Source: an uncultured virus (IMG/VR IMGVR_UViG_3300031851_003771)
Lineage: Duplodnaviria; Heunggongvirae; Uroviricota; Caudoviricetes
Direction: 5' to 3' (one strand)
DNA: 59,635 nucleotides
IMG/VR virus record: IMGVR_UViG_3300031851_003771
The notes under the pieces are model-generated. The model had not been told where the DNA came from. It did not search any database and was given only the letters and a program-made list of their open reading frames with translations. Below are positions 19,410 to 28,812 of the stretch, piece after piece. Positions within the stretch are counted from its first letter, which is position 1, and each line of letters starts with the position of its first letter. A program made the position numbers and the translations under genes.

Positions 19410-21902
19410 TTAAACTACGCAGTTGATAAGTCTTACTAGATTCTCTGTATCATCATCTTCGATGCATTTTCCAATAACATAAACACAATTCGTAACGCCT
19501 GGGTGTGCTTGTCCTACACCTGGAGTATCACTTGAAACAATCAAGTCACCTTTCCTAACAGGACCAATGACATTAACAGGTATTTTTCCTCTTAATGCTA
19601 CTGCAACTGTGTTGCCTTTTTGATCTTTATTCATCAAATATGCAGGCTGTCCTGATACAACTCCTGCAATTCTATGATCTAATGCTTGGGTTGATTGTGT
19701 TACTTCTTCTGTTCCACCAAATACTAGCACAGTACCTACTTCATACTCGCTGTCAGTGACATAAAGCTCTGCCAAGTCAGCATACTGAGCCGTTGTTGCT
19801 GTAACGTGTGCTGTTGCCGCCTCTATGTCTGCTAGTGTTATGTCTGCAACTACTGTTGTTGAACTTGTTATACTCGATGAAGTTAAAAACTTAAATCTAT
19901 CTGAAGACTCTTGCCATATCATACCAGCGTGATCTTCGGAACTTCCTCTTTCAATTAACACACCTGCGTCAGTTGTGTTTGTTGAATTATCTCCGGCATT
20001 TCTATTCAAATATATTAAAGGATCATCAACTTCTAACTGTGTTACATCAATTGTAGTAGTTGTTCCATTGATGTTTAAATTTCCAGAGATTGTTAAATTA
20101 CCACTGAACTGTGCATTACCTGTTGTGTTAATGTTACCTGTTCCAGTAATATCGTTGCTGTTTAAATCTAATGATCCACCTAGCTGTGGAGTTGTGTCTT
20201 CTACAACATTTAATAAACCAGTGTCAGTGTCTGTTCCAACTACCCAACTCGATCCATCATACTTTAATATGGAGTTCGTAGTTGCTCCTGACGTGTTAAC
20301 ATCATTGAGCTCACCTAGTGTATCTTTTGTTTGAATTTGTGAAGCAACATATGAGTCAACGTAAGATTTAATACTGCTTGATGTTGCTATTGTTGTAGCA
20401 GATGCTGAACCAAATGAACTATCATTTAATACTGCTGATCCTGTGACCTGTGTGTTAAGTACAGCATTTGTATACTGTTTATTTGTTAAAGTATGTGTGC
20501 TAGACGTTGTAATAATATCACTATTGACAACTGGTCTTGTTGCTATAATATAGTTTTCACTTACACCACCTGCATTATATGTTGGGTTTGGTGTCAGCGT
20601 ACCATTTGTGCTTGATGCATCATAATGTATTGAATAAGTGTGTGCGTTTGTATCAATTGATTCATCGTATACGTTAAAACTAGCTTGTTTCTTAACGATA
20701 GCATTTGTAGCCTCATATTCTGTGTGTTCCGCTAGTACTTTCTCTCCTGCAATACCTTTGTTTCTATATAATCTAACAAAGAACCCTGTGCTACCCGATG
20801 ATGATTGTACTGTGTATCTAACAAAAGATTTAATTTCAATTTTTTGCGAAGCCGCTGTGGGTGTGATTGATGTTGATAAACCTGATGCCGCTTCACTTGT
20901 AAGTGTAGAACCTGTCAAAGCTGTTGTCGATGTATCGTTGTCTACTTGTATGTCACTAACTGTTACAGCAAGTGTTCCTGGTTTCCAATAACTGTTTGAA
21001 TTATCCCAAGTAAGTATCTGTCCATCAACTGGTGTTGCATTGTTAACATTAGATAAACTTGCTAGGCTGGCTGATGATATTCTTGCATCTGCTCTTGCAT
21101 CTGTAAAGTATAAATTCGTTGAACCTTCTGATAATGTATCTGTGTCGTGATTGGCTATGCTTGATACTTGACCATTAAATGTTGCTGTAGTGGTGTCCAC
21201 TATGACTGCATTATTGGCCGCTTTAATATTACCAGTCAGTGTTGCTGTCAATGTTGCGTCTGTACCGTCAGTACCATTGTTAAAAACTAACTGTCCACCT
21301 GTTGCTCTAATGTCTCCAGTAACATCTCCTGTTACGTGACCTGTTAAGTCTCCTGTGAAAGTTTTAGCTTGTGAGTTAACCATCACTGATGAATCTTGTG
21401 CGTGTACGTTACCTGTGACGTTACCTGTAAATTCGTTACCAGAAAAAGTTCCTAGATCGACTGTTCCTGTTGCTGTTAAATCTGTAAACTTACCTGTCGA
21501 ATGTGAATTAACTCCTATAGGAGTGCCGTCTATCGCTCCTCCACCTATATCAACATTGTTGGAAATTAAATTAGTTACTGTTAAATTGTTTATCGAACTG
21601 ATCGAAAAATTCTGAAATGAAGCATTGTTGAAATCTATTGCTGATGATCCTTCAGCTACAAATGTCCAAGTTCCATCACTGCCTGATTTGGTATACAGTA
21701 AACTCGCTACTGCACTACCACCTGCTTCAACTTCTAGACCTGCGCCTGATCCAGGTATCGATGATTCAGCATTGTTAACAGTGATGATTGGATCACCCGT
21801 TGTTAATTCAGTTGTAGTAATAGTTGTTCCGGGATCTGCAAACGTCACATTGTTTGCAAATAAAAAATCTCCTGAACTCCTTCTTGTAGTTTTTCCTGCC
21901 AT
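19410..21902 (-). CDS. Tail fibre / virion appendage protein with C-terminal chaperone-like domain
   Basis: G/T/S/N-rich beta repeats (TGNVTGNV, TGDLTGHVTGDVTGD), TTPQLGGSLDLN, C-terminal YADLAELY...GVVS..PAYLMN...GKIPV..GDL typical of fibre C-termini. Confidence 0.75.
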   Translation of the reverse strand: MAGKTTRRSSGDFLFANNVTFADPGTTITTTELTTGDPIITVNNAESSIPGSGAGLEVEAGGSAVASLLYTKSGSDGTWTFVAEGSSAIDFNNASFQNFSISSINNLTVTNLISNNVDIGGGAIDGTPIGVNSHSTGKFTDLTATGTVDLGTFSGNEFTGNVTGNVHAQDSSVMVNSQAKTFTGDLTGHVTGDVTGDIRATGGQLVFNNGTDGTDATLTATLTGNIKAANNAVIVDTTTATFNGQVSSIANHDTDTLSEGSTNLYFTDARADARISSASLASLSNVNNATPVDGQILTWDNSNSYWKPGTLAVTVSDIQVDNDTSTTALTGSTLTSEAASGLSTSITPTAASQKIEIKSFVRYTVQSSSGSTGFFVRLYRNKGIAGEKVLAEHTEYEATNAIVKKQASFNVYDESIDTNAHTYSIHYDASSTNGTLTPNPTYNAGGVSENYIIATRPVVNSDIITTSSTHTLTNKQYTNAVLNTQVTGSAVLNDSSFGSASATTIATSSSIKSYVDSYVASQIQTKDTLGELNDVNTSGATTNSILKYDGSSWVVGTDTDTGLLNVVEDTTPQLGGSLDLNSNDITGTGNINTTGNAQFSGNLTISGNLNINGTTTTIDVTQLEVDDPLIYLNRNAGDNSTNTTDAGVLIERGSSEDHAGMIWQESSDRFKFLTSSSITSSTTVVADITLADIEAATAHVTATTAQYADLAELYVTDSEYEVGTVLVFGGTEEVTQSTQALDHRIAGVVSGQPAYLMNKDQKGNTVAVALRGKIPVNVIGPVRKGDLIVSSDTPGVGQAHPGVTNCVYVIGKCIEDDDTENLVRLINCVV

Positions 21903-21963
21903 TGTTCTCTGCTCCTAGTAATAATATTTAGCAAAAAGACTAATAGTTTAACACGGTTAAAGT

Positions 21964-22206
21964 CTATTTTGAGTAGTCTGGTAAAGGACCACCATATTTC
22001 TTACCTTTGACTTTATTAGTTCCTACTTTTTGTCTTTTGCCATCATATTTGTGATCACGATCAGAATCTCTATCACGCATTCCTTGTGATCTACAAGAAG
22101 CTAACCAAGAAGCTGGTAAACTACTATCTGGTCTGTTGGATTTGCATACATCTTTTGGTGCTGGACCAATATTTTCTTGTGCATTTACTATTTCGTTGAT
22201 CTTCAT
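21964..22206 (-). CDS. Small late protein (possible head-associated)
   Basis: Start reassigned to MKINEIV at 22206 (TAAATA-N5-ATG); the upstream extension overlaps a terminator. Confidence 0.65.
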   Translation of the reverse strand: MKINEIVNAQENIGPAPKDVCKSNRPDSSLPASWLASCRSQGMRDRDSDRDHKYDGKRQKVGTNKVKGKKYGGPLPDYSK

Positions 22207-22230
22207 ACTATTATTTATTATTTCTGCACA

Positions 22231-22262
22231 AAAGAAAAAGCCCGGCATAAAAACCGGGCTTT
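22231..22262 (-). terminator. Rho-independent terminator after the major capsid gene
   Basis: AAGCCCGG-8 nt-CCGGGCTT followed by TTTCTTTT on the minus strand. Confidence 0.85.
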
Positions 22263-22288
22263 AACTGTAATTTCAAAAAATCTAAGAC

Positions 22289-23467
22289 TTAGATGAAGCT
22301 TAAATTTGCTGAGTGTGTGTTCATATCGATAGCTGAAACATAGTCACCTGCATTACCTAATGAAGATGCTGTGTTGTTTAACTCTACGTAACCGTATCTT
22401 GTCATAAATGACACTGTAGGTTCGAAAGTAGCTGGGTCGATAACAACGCCTGAGCTCATTAATGGAATGTATGGGCAATAAAACGCCGCCGCATCCACTT
22501 CACCTGGACCTTTATAACCAACTAATACTGAAGTAGTATCACCAGCATATGAGTTTACATAGATTCTCATTGAACCGTTTAAAGTACCAGCATATTTTGT
22601 ATTTGTTGGTGCTTCGAATGTACCCTCAGTTGTTCTTGCGAACGCTGAAGTTGTCGCTGACTGAAGAATAGTCAAAGCTGTTGGAGAAAGTACTGCATAG
22701 TTACCAGCACCTCTTCTTGTTCTTTGAGCAATTCTGTTAGCTTCTCTGTTGATTAAAACAGCCAATGCCGCGTGTTGGTCACCAACGAAAGTTGCTTGAC
22801 CTGATACACCTTTTTGGTCGTATGCCGCTCCGGCTGTACCTGCTAATGAAATTAGAGAGTTGATCACTTCTTGATCGATCTCTGCAGTAATTTCTTGTGC
22901 TAGTGCCGCCATAATTTCAGCTTCTACGTCTAAACCGTGCATTGCGTTTGCATCTTGAGCCGACTCAAAAGTCCATCTTGCTGATAGTTTTCTTGTCTTA
23001 GCTTCAACTGTTTGTTTTAAAATTTGGATAGACATCTTGTTACCGCCACGTCCTTCTAAACTTGAAGTACCTGCCGCTGTATCAGTTGTTGTACCTTCTT
23101 CACCTGAGTAACCTCTGGCAATTTTAGCTGGTGATAAAGCTTCTTCACCTGCTGTTACACCTTGATCTGATTCTGCATATCTAACTCTTAATGTGTGGAT
23201 TTGTCCCACTGGGCCTGTCATAGGTTGTACACCAACGATTTCGTTAGCGATTACTGTAGGCATAACCCGTCTTATTACTGGTAAGATCACTTTGTTAAGT
23301 GCGGCAACGTTACCGGCACCTGTAGCACCTGCTGAGGCTGTCTCTGCCAAATACTTCTGAGTGTTTTCTAAAATAACGCCCATAGTATCTTTTTTTTGGC
23401 CTTGAAGACCTTCTAACAATGCTGATTTAGTGTCTGTCCAATTTTCAGTTAATGTTTTTTCTGACAT
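22289..23467 (-). CDS. Major capsid protein (gp23-like)
   Basis: RRVMPTVIANEIVGVQPMTGP, AKTRKLSARWT, EITAEIDQE, FYCPYIPL, FMTRYG. Confidence 0.97.
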   Translation of the reverse strand: MSEKTLTENWTDTKSALLEGLQGQKKDTMGVILENTQKYLAETASAGATGAGNVAALNKVILPVIRRVMPTVIANEIVGVQPMTGPVGQIHTLRVRYAESDQGVTAGEEALSPAKIARGYSGEEGTTTDTAAGTSSLEGRGGNKMSIQILKQTVEAKTRKLSARWTFESAQDANAMHGLDVEAEIMAALAQEITAEIDQEVINSLISLAGTAGAAYDQKGVSGQATFVGDQHAALAVLINREANRIAQRTRRGAGNYAVLSPTALTILQSATTSAFARTTEGTFEAPTNTKYAGTLNGSMRIYVNSYAGDTTSVLVGYKGPGEVDAAAFYCPYIPLMSSGVVIDPATFEPTVSFMTRYGYVELNNTASSLGNAGDYVSAIDMNTHSANLSFI

Positions 23468-23473
23468 AATAGT

Positions 23474-24565
23474 TTAACTCCTTAATCCTGCTAGTCTTTT
23501 AATGTGAACGATATCACTGTTCAAGTTGTTATCGTCAATATTGTTAATAGTTCTATCACCAGTGTGTTCTGTAATCATTGCACTGTCATCACCTTTTGGT
23601 GCTACAGTTTCATTTAATACAGCTGGTAGATATTTTTCAAACTGCTTTTTTAAGTTTGCAGTTTGTACTGATTCTAACAACTCAACCATCACTTGACGTT
23701 TGTCTTTAGATAATGGAGAAACAAGTTCTGCTAAAGCATTCGCTCTAGTCATTTTGTCTTCTGTTACCTTAAGTTTTGTTTGTGTTGCTTTGATATCTGC
23801 ATCTTTTTGATTTAACGCATCTTCTAACTTAGAAGCTACATCTTTTTGTTCTACAAGTTGTGCTTGTAGTTTATTAATTTCACCACCTTCTGAAAGGTAT
23901 GAACTCAAATATTCACCTGCAAATGCTTCAAACACTTTTCTACCAAAGTTGTTTTCTTTAGCAACTTTAATGTCTTCTTTAAGTGTTTTGATTTCATTTT
24001 TAAGTGTCGAGTCTACTGTGCTTTCCACAAGACTTGAAGCTCTTTTGATAAAAGCAGTTTTAGTTTCATCGATCATCTTACGACCTTCTGCTACTAATTG
24101 TACTTTTTTCTCAACAAGATCTTTTTTGTCTTCTGCAAATTCAGTTAACTCTTTGGAGAGTTGTCTGACTACAAAGTTTTCCAACTTCGTAAATTGACCT
24201 TTGAGTGCATTTCTATCTTCTCTTAATTCTTTCACTTCTTTTACCAAAGCGTCCGAAACAAAAGTTGACAACATATTTGAATGTTCACTTACTGCTGTTT
24301 TATAAGCAACTCTTTCTTTAACAACTGCTTTTTTATCTTCTGCAAATTCTGAAATTTCTTTCTTCAATGCATCTGAAAGCATATTGTCCATTGCTTCAAC
24401 AATCTGTGATTTGTCATTTTCATAACGTTGTGCGAACTCTTCTCTAAGTTCGGCTGAAATGTTCTCACGAGCCTCAGACAGCTTGTTCTCCCAAGCTTCT
24501 TGGACTTGAATTTTTAGATCTTCACTTAATGTTTCTGATCCAAAGATTTCTGTAATGTCTGCCAT
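23474..24565 (-). CDS. Prohead core scaffold protein (gp22-like)
   Basis: Long E/K-rich coiled-coil protein between the protease and major capsid genes; SD AGGAG. Confidence 0.85.
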   Translation of the reverse strand: MADITEIFGSETLSEDLKIQVQEAWENKLSEARENISAELREEFAQRYENDKSQIVEAMDNMLSDALKKEISEFAEDKKAVVKERVAYKTAVSEHSNMLSTFVSDALVKEVKELREDRNALKGQFTKLENFVVRQLSKELTEFAEDKKDLVEKKVQLVAEGRKMIDETKTAFIKRASSLVESTVDSTLKNEIKTLKEDIKVAKENNFGRKVFEAFAGEYLSSYLSEGGEINKLQAQLVEQKDVASKLEDALNQKDADIKATQTKLKVTEDKMTRANALAELVSPLSKDKRQVMVELLESVQTANLKKQFEKYLPAVLNETVAPKGDDSAMITEHTGDRTINNIDDNNLNSDIVHIKRLAGLRS

Positions 24566-24575
24566 CTGAATCTCC

Positions 24576-25217
24576 TTATTTCTTGTTTAGTTCACCAATT
24601 AATTTAGTGATTTCATTGGCTAAATGTTTTTCGGCTTTTTTATCAAACATACTTGCTTGACTCAAACCAAATAACTTCTGACCACCTCGCATATTCCATA
24701 AGCCTTCGTATATGGCTTTTGGGTATGCATCGGGAGCCGACGGTTGTGCAACAATATCAACTGTGATGATTTCAAAGTCTTTTACATCACCGCTGTCATC
24801 TACGTTGCCCGATCCTCTCGAACTCACTCCTAGTTTACATCCGCTTTCGAGTAAGGTTGTAATAATCTTACCCATCGGCGTTGGCATAATCTTAAGTTTT
24901 CCAATTCCATTAGGACCATCCATCCAAATGTCTTCGATCATATGTGAAACACGATCTAAGTTAACAGTTAGATTTTCTGGATGATCAGCTTCACCTAACA
25001 CACTGAAACCACCATCAAGTCTTTCTTTGATGTTTGCTACAGCACGATTGATTTCCTGAACTGGGTATTTTCTTTTGTTTTGATTTTCAATACCACCTTG
25101 TATGAAAATGCCTTTCATTTTGAGGCTTTTGTTTGTTCCTTCACCTTCGTGTAAAACTTCCATTCTTGCTTGATCGAAAGTTAAACATTCTTGTAAATAA
25201 TGTAGTGAATGATTCAT
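24576..25217 (-). CDS. Prohead protease (gp21-like)
   Basis: GIFIQ, N.NKRKY, LGEADHP, RVSH, GVSSRGSG, DIVAQPSAPDA; start moved to MNHSL at 25217 (SD GGAGG). Confidence 0.95.
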   Translation of the reverse strand: MNHSLHYLQECLTFDQARMEVLHEGEGTNKSLKMKGIFIQGGIENQNKRKYPVQEINRAVANIKERLDGGFSVLGEADHPENLTVNLDRVSHMIEDIWMDGPNGIGKLKIMPTPMGKIITTLLESGCKLGVSSRGSGNVDDSGDVKDFEIITVDIVAQPSAPDAYPKAIYEGLWNMRGGQKLFGLSQASMFDKKAEKHLANEITKLIGELNKK

Positions 25218-25245
25218 ATTGTGCCTCCCTTCAATTAAGTTAAAA

Positions 25246-26094
25246 TTATTTACTTCCAACTACTGATTGAGCAGTTTTATCTGCACCATCTGTGTTGTCC
25301 GCTTTAACTTCACTCATATTTGGTTCTGTAGTTGCACCCATATCAGCCGCTTTAGGAGCCGAAGCACCTTTTTCGTCGCCGCCTGCTACTATGTTAGATG
25401 CAGTTCCACCCATATCGTTTTTAGACGCTACTGGTGATTTACCATTGTCTGAACCATCTGCTGAAGCAACTTTAACTGGTTTTAGTTCTGCTTCTTCAAG
25501 TTCTTGAGTTGATTCTGCTGGTGCTTCGATTGACTCATCAGCTTCGTCTTCCATTCCTGGCATTGCTGGTGCTTCATCTTCGTCGCCTGCTTCTTCTTCT
25601 CCGCCACCGTTAACGATGTCGTCAAACTTTGCTTTTAGTTCTTCTAAGGCTTGTGCTAAATCGTCTACTTTATCTTCAACTTCCTCGTGATCGTGATCGT
25701 CGTCTTTACCGTCTTCGTCACCATCATCTTCGTTAGTTTCTTCGTATTCGATTTCTTCTGAATCTTCTTCTGTTTTTGCTTTTAATTCAGCTTTTAAATC
25801 AGCGTCAACATCGCCGGTTTCACCGCCAACTGTTTCTTCTACTTTATCTTCTGCTGAATCGTCTGCTTTTGCTTCTTCAACAGCTTCTTCTTCTGTTGCT
25901 TCTGCTTTTGTTTCTTCAACTGCTTCTTCAGTTTCAGTTTCTGTTACTGCTTCTTCAGTTGTGTTAACTAATTCTTCGTGAATTGATCTAGCTTTTTCTA
26001 CAATAACGTCGTGCAATAAAGCTTCTGCTTTATCAGACTCGCCATTTACTAGATATTCAAGAACTTGTTCCATTTTTGAACTCATCTCTGACAT
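25246..26094 (-). CDS. Highly acidic prohead core protein (gp67-like role)
   Basis: Extreme D/E richness with many (L/V/I)xE sites; lies between portal and protease; SD AAGGAG. Confidence 0.65.
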   Translation of the reverse strand: MSEMSSKMEQVLEYLVNGESDKAEALLHDVIVEKARSIHEELVNTTEEAVTETETEEAVEETKAEATEEEAVEEAKADDSAEDKVEETVGGETGDVDADLKAELKAKTEEDSEEIEYEETNEDDGDEDGKDDDHDHEEVEDKVDDLAQALEELKAKFDDIVNGGGEEEAGDEDEAPAMPGMEDEADESIEAPAESTQELEEAELKPVKVASADGSDNGKSPVASKNDMGGTASNIVAGGDEKGASAPKAADMGATTEPNMSEVKADNTDGADKTAQSVVGSK

Positions 26095-26259
26095 ATCAAA
26101 TCTCCTTTATAATATTAGCATCGATACTATTAGTATATTAATAAATGTTATTGTTATTTAACAAAAAGATAAAATTCGGAGAATAATAGGGCAAAAAACC
26201 GCATTTTTTTAAAAAAAGGCAGTTTAAACGTCTTTTAAAAGATCTTTTATCAAGATCTA

Positions 26260-26478
26260 CTATACAGCACCAACTGGTTGTCCGTACATCTTTGCAACAA
26301 ATTGTTTGTTCTCTTCTTGGTCTTGTTGTCTTATCTCTCTTACTTTTCTTAATTTGTTTAGATGTTTTAACGTTAAACGTGTTTTTCTATTAGTACTAAT
26401 GTCAGCACGATGATAATCATCTTGGTCTGGAAGATAATTTTCTTTAACTACAACTTCTTTTAGTTCTGTGTAACGCAT
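26260..26478 (-). CDS. Small head-cluster protein
   Basis: Start reassigned to MRYTELKE at 26478 (TAAATA-N5-ATG); RKTRLTLKHLNKLRKVRE. Confidence 0.7.
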   Translation of the reverse strand: MRYTELKEVVVKENYLPDQDDYHRADISTNRKTRLTLKHLNKLRKVREIRQQDQEENKQFVAKMYGQPVGAV

Positions 26479-26522
26479 ACTTTTATTTATTATATTAGAA
26501 TCAAATTTGAGTAAATAAAAGT

Positions 26523-26729
26523 ATGTCAAGCAAAACAATATCAGTTGAAGAACTTTTTAGCTCTGAACTAGATGCCGTTAACGAATATATCACTTATTTA
26601 GAGAACCAAGAGTTTCGTTCTCCTACTCAAAAAAAAGAATTAAAAGATTTAAAAATTGTTGCACAGTACCTTATAGATCGTTTAGACAACAAAATGAATC
26701 TTGTTGAAGAGTCATTCACACTACATTAA
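26523..26729 (+). CDS. Hypothetical protein
   Basis: 68 aa; TAAATA-N5-ATG. Confidence 0.7.
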   Translation: MSSKTISVEELFSSELDAVNEYITYLENQEFRSPTQKKELKDLKIVAQYLIDRLDNKMNLVEESFTLH

Positions 26730-26731
26730 TA

Positions 26732-26995
26732 ATGTATAAAATAATTTTAGCTTTGGTGTTATTTTTTTCTATGACAGGTTCATTGTTTGCTAACGATCCT
26801 GATTTTGCAAAATTTTTACTCAATGAAGAACAGATACGTATCAATCTTGCGATTGAGGAATTAAAACATCAGATGACATATGTTAGTGAAGAACATTATA
26901 GCTTACTTGAAAAAGAATTGAAACAGTTGATACTGGACTTGGAACAAAATTTAATAGATCAATTTAAAATACAAAAACTTCTTAACTCTCAGTAG
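26732..26995 (+). CDS. Hypothetical protein with signal-peptide-like N-terminus
   Basis: MYKIILALVLFFSMTGSLFA followed by a coiled-coil-like region. Confidence 0.6.
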   Translation: MYKIILALVLFFSMTGSLFANDPDFAKFLLNEEQIRINLAIEELKHQMTYVSEEHYSLLEKELKQLILDLEQNLIDQFKIQKLLNSQ

Positions 26996-28724
26996 TATCA
27001 GTACCTGGTTGTGCTTCTGCACCACTGATAGGAGATTCAATACCAGCTGAAGTATCTGGATCTAGACTATCGCCACCGCCCGCTGGTGCTGGCATAGGTG
27101 AAGCACCAACTGATCCTAGACCGTCTGCTTCTGCATCGCTCATCGAACCCGGAATGCTTTCTGAGTTTTCTTCTGACCATAATCTTTGATTTTCATAAAT
27201 TTCTTCTTCAGTTAGTTTCAGATAACGTTTCATTGCAAAACGTTTACTTACGAACGGAAGCTGTTGTATCTGATTAAAGATGTTTACAAGTTGTGTATCT
27301 AATTCAATCTGTCTGTACTTGCCAAAGTTTTGTGGTTCATTGAACTGTAACTGGAACATACCCGAATCAATTTCAATACCTCTGTGTTTTAAAAACATTT
27401 TAAATTCAAAATCAATATTTGGTTGCATAAAGTTTTGTATTCTTTTACAGAACTTTGTAAATCTAAATTCTTGTATGTATGCTGTACCTACTCTACCATC
27501 AGTGAATGCTGTGTTTTGATCACCTGGTGTGCTTGGTAAGTATGCACTCGGTACTCTTAGACCTTTTAATAACTTGTCATTGAAATATCTCAAGTCATCA
27601 ATTTCACCTAAGTTACTACCACCCGGTAACGTTTCAACTTTAGATCCTCTGCCCTCTGCCGTCTGAGCAAAGAAGTAGTCTTCTATCATTGATAGTGGAT
27701 TGTAAGTTGCGTCCATTACGTTAGCACCACCTGTTGCACTAGGTATACGTCTTTGGTGTATCTCGTTTTTAATTCTTTCAATGAATCCCATTGCTTTTGA
27801 AGTTGGCATATTACCTACATCAATATAGAACACTCTACGTTCAGGTGCTCTTTGTACTCTGTAAATGATCATTGCGTCTTCAAGTAATTCTTTTTGCTTG
27901 TAAGTTTTAAAGATAGGCTCTAACAGACTTACTCCGAAAGGCCAAAATCTATCCATACCTTCTGTTAAACTTAAATGTATAACGTGTGATGCATCAATTG
28001 GATACGTCTGTGCATCTTTTGAAAATCTTGTATTACCAAATCCGCCACCAGGTCCTTGCCCATATGGCATAGCGGCTCTGTTGCTTCCACCACCGCCCAT
28101 AGGATGACCAATAGTAGTACTACCGCCTGCTCCGGTTGTAGCTGACATACTTTGTCCAAACGCATCAGATGTTATATCTAAATTTTTAACATTGAGATCT
28201 AAGTTCTTGATGAAGTATGCTTCTGGTTTTTTACCTTTACCTTCGTTGACAACTATTCTTTCAACGTTGCCTGGATCAATCCAGTACCACTTGTATGTTT
28301 TTGGATCTCTTACAAATATCTGGTCACCATACTTTAAAGTATTACGAACCATTTTGAAACAACGCTTCTGCCATTGATTAATTTTGTTCCACTGTGTGAG
28401 TGCGTCAGTTAATATAGCTGACTCTGTATCAGTTGGTGTCTCGTTGTATTGTATATTGAATGTTGAACCTGTTTTTTCATCAGATTGACTAGAGAATTCT
28501 GCTATGGTGTCTAGTGCCGCATTAATTTCTGTGTCAAGATCCATCATATCGTATTGATAGTATCTTTCACGTCTGTTAGGTTGTCCAGCATAAACTTCAG
28601 GTAGCCACGTGTTGTATCTGCTGTTAGAAGCAGATCCGGACGCCGATCCTGGTGTAGTCGAACCTACAGGACTGTTAGTGCCTTGTTCAGTTCCGTATTC
28701 TTTAAAGTATTTTCTCCAAGTCAT
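26982..28724 (-). CDS. Portal protein (gp20-like)
   Basis: LLEDAMIIYRVQRAPERRVFYIDVGNMP, EDYFF, GRGSKVETLPGG.NLGEIDD, LRVP; ATG start at 28724. Confidence 0.97.
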   Translation of the reverse strand: MTWRKYFKEYGTEQGTNSPVGSTTPGSASGSASNSRYNTWLPEVYAGQPNRRERYYQYDMMDLDTEINAALDTIAEFSSQSDEKTGSTFNIQYNETPTDTESAILTDALTQWNKINQWQKRCFKMVRNTLKYGDQIFVRDPKTYKWYWIDPGNVERIVVNEGKGKKPEAYFIKNLDLNVKNLDITSDAFGQSMSATTGAGGSTTIGHPMGGGGSNRAAMPYGQGPGGGFGNTRFSKDAQTYPIDASHVIHLSLTEGMDRFWPFGVSLLEPIFKTYKQKELLEDAMIIYRVQRAPERRVFYIDVGNMPTSKAMGFIERIKNEIHQRRIPSATGGANVMDATYNPLSMIEDYFFAQTAEGRGSKVETLPGGSNLGEIDDLRYFNDKLLKGLRVPSAYLPSTPGDQNTAFTDGRVGTAYIQEFRFTKFCKRIQNFMQPNIDFEFKMFLKHRGIEIDSGMFQLQFNEPQNFGKYRQIELDTQLVNIFNQIQQLPFVSKRFAMKRYLKLTEEEIYENQRLWSEENSESIPGSMSDAEADGLGSVGASPMPAPAGGGDSLDPDTSAGIESPISGAEAQPGTDTTES

Positions 28725-28746
28725 ATTTTTATCCAAGTTATAATAG

Positions 28747-28779
28747 TATTTATAATATAGTGTTTTTAATGCTTTGTCA
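28747..28779 (-). promoter_or_regulatory. Overlapping sigma70-like and late promoters upstream of portal
   Basis: TTGACA-17 nt-TATTAT overlapping TATAAATA (28747-28754). Confidence 0.6.
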
Positions 28780-28812
28780 ACTTTTTTTTGATTAATTGGT
28801 AAATTATATGGT

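Noticed and set aside
26100..26260. AT-rich gap with A/T runs as a possible ncRNA or terminator
   Set aside because: Only weak, imperfect pairing; explained adequately as the promoter/leader region for the head-core genes.
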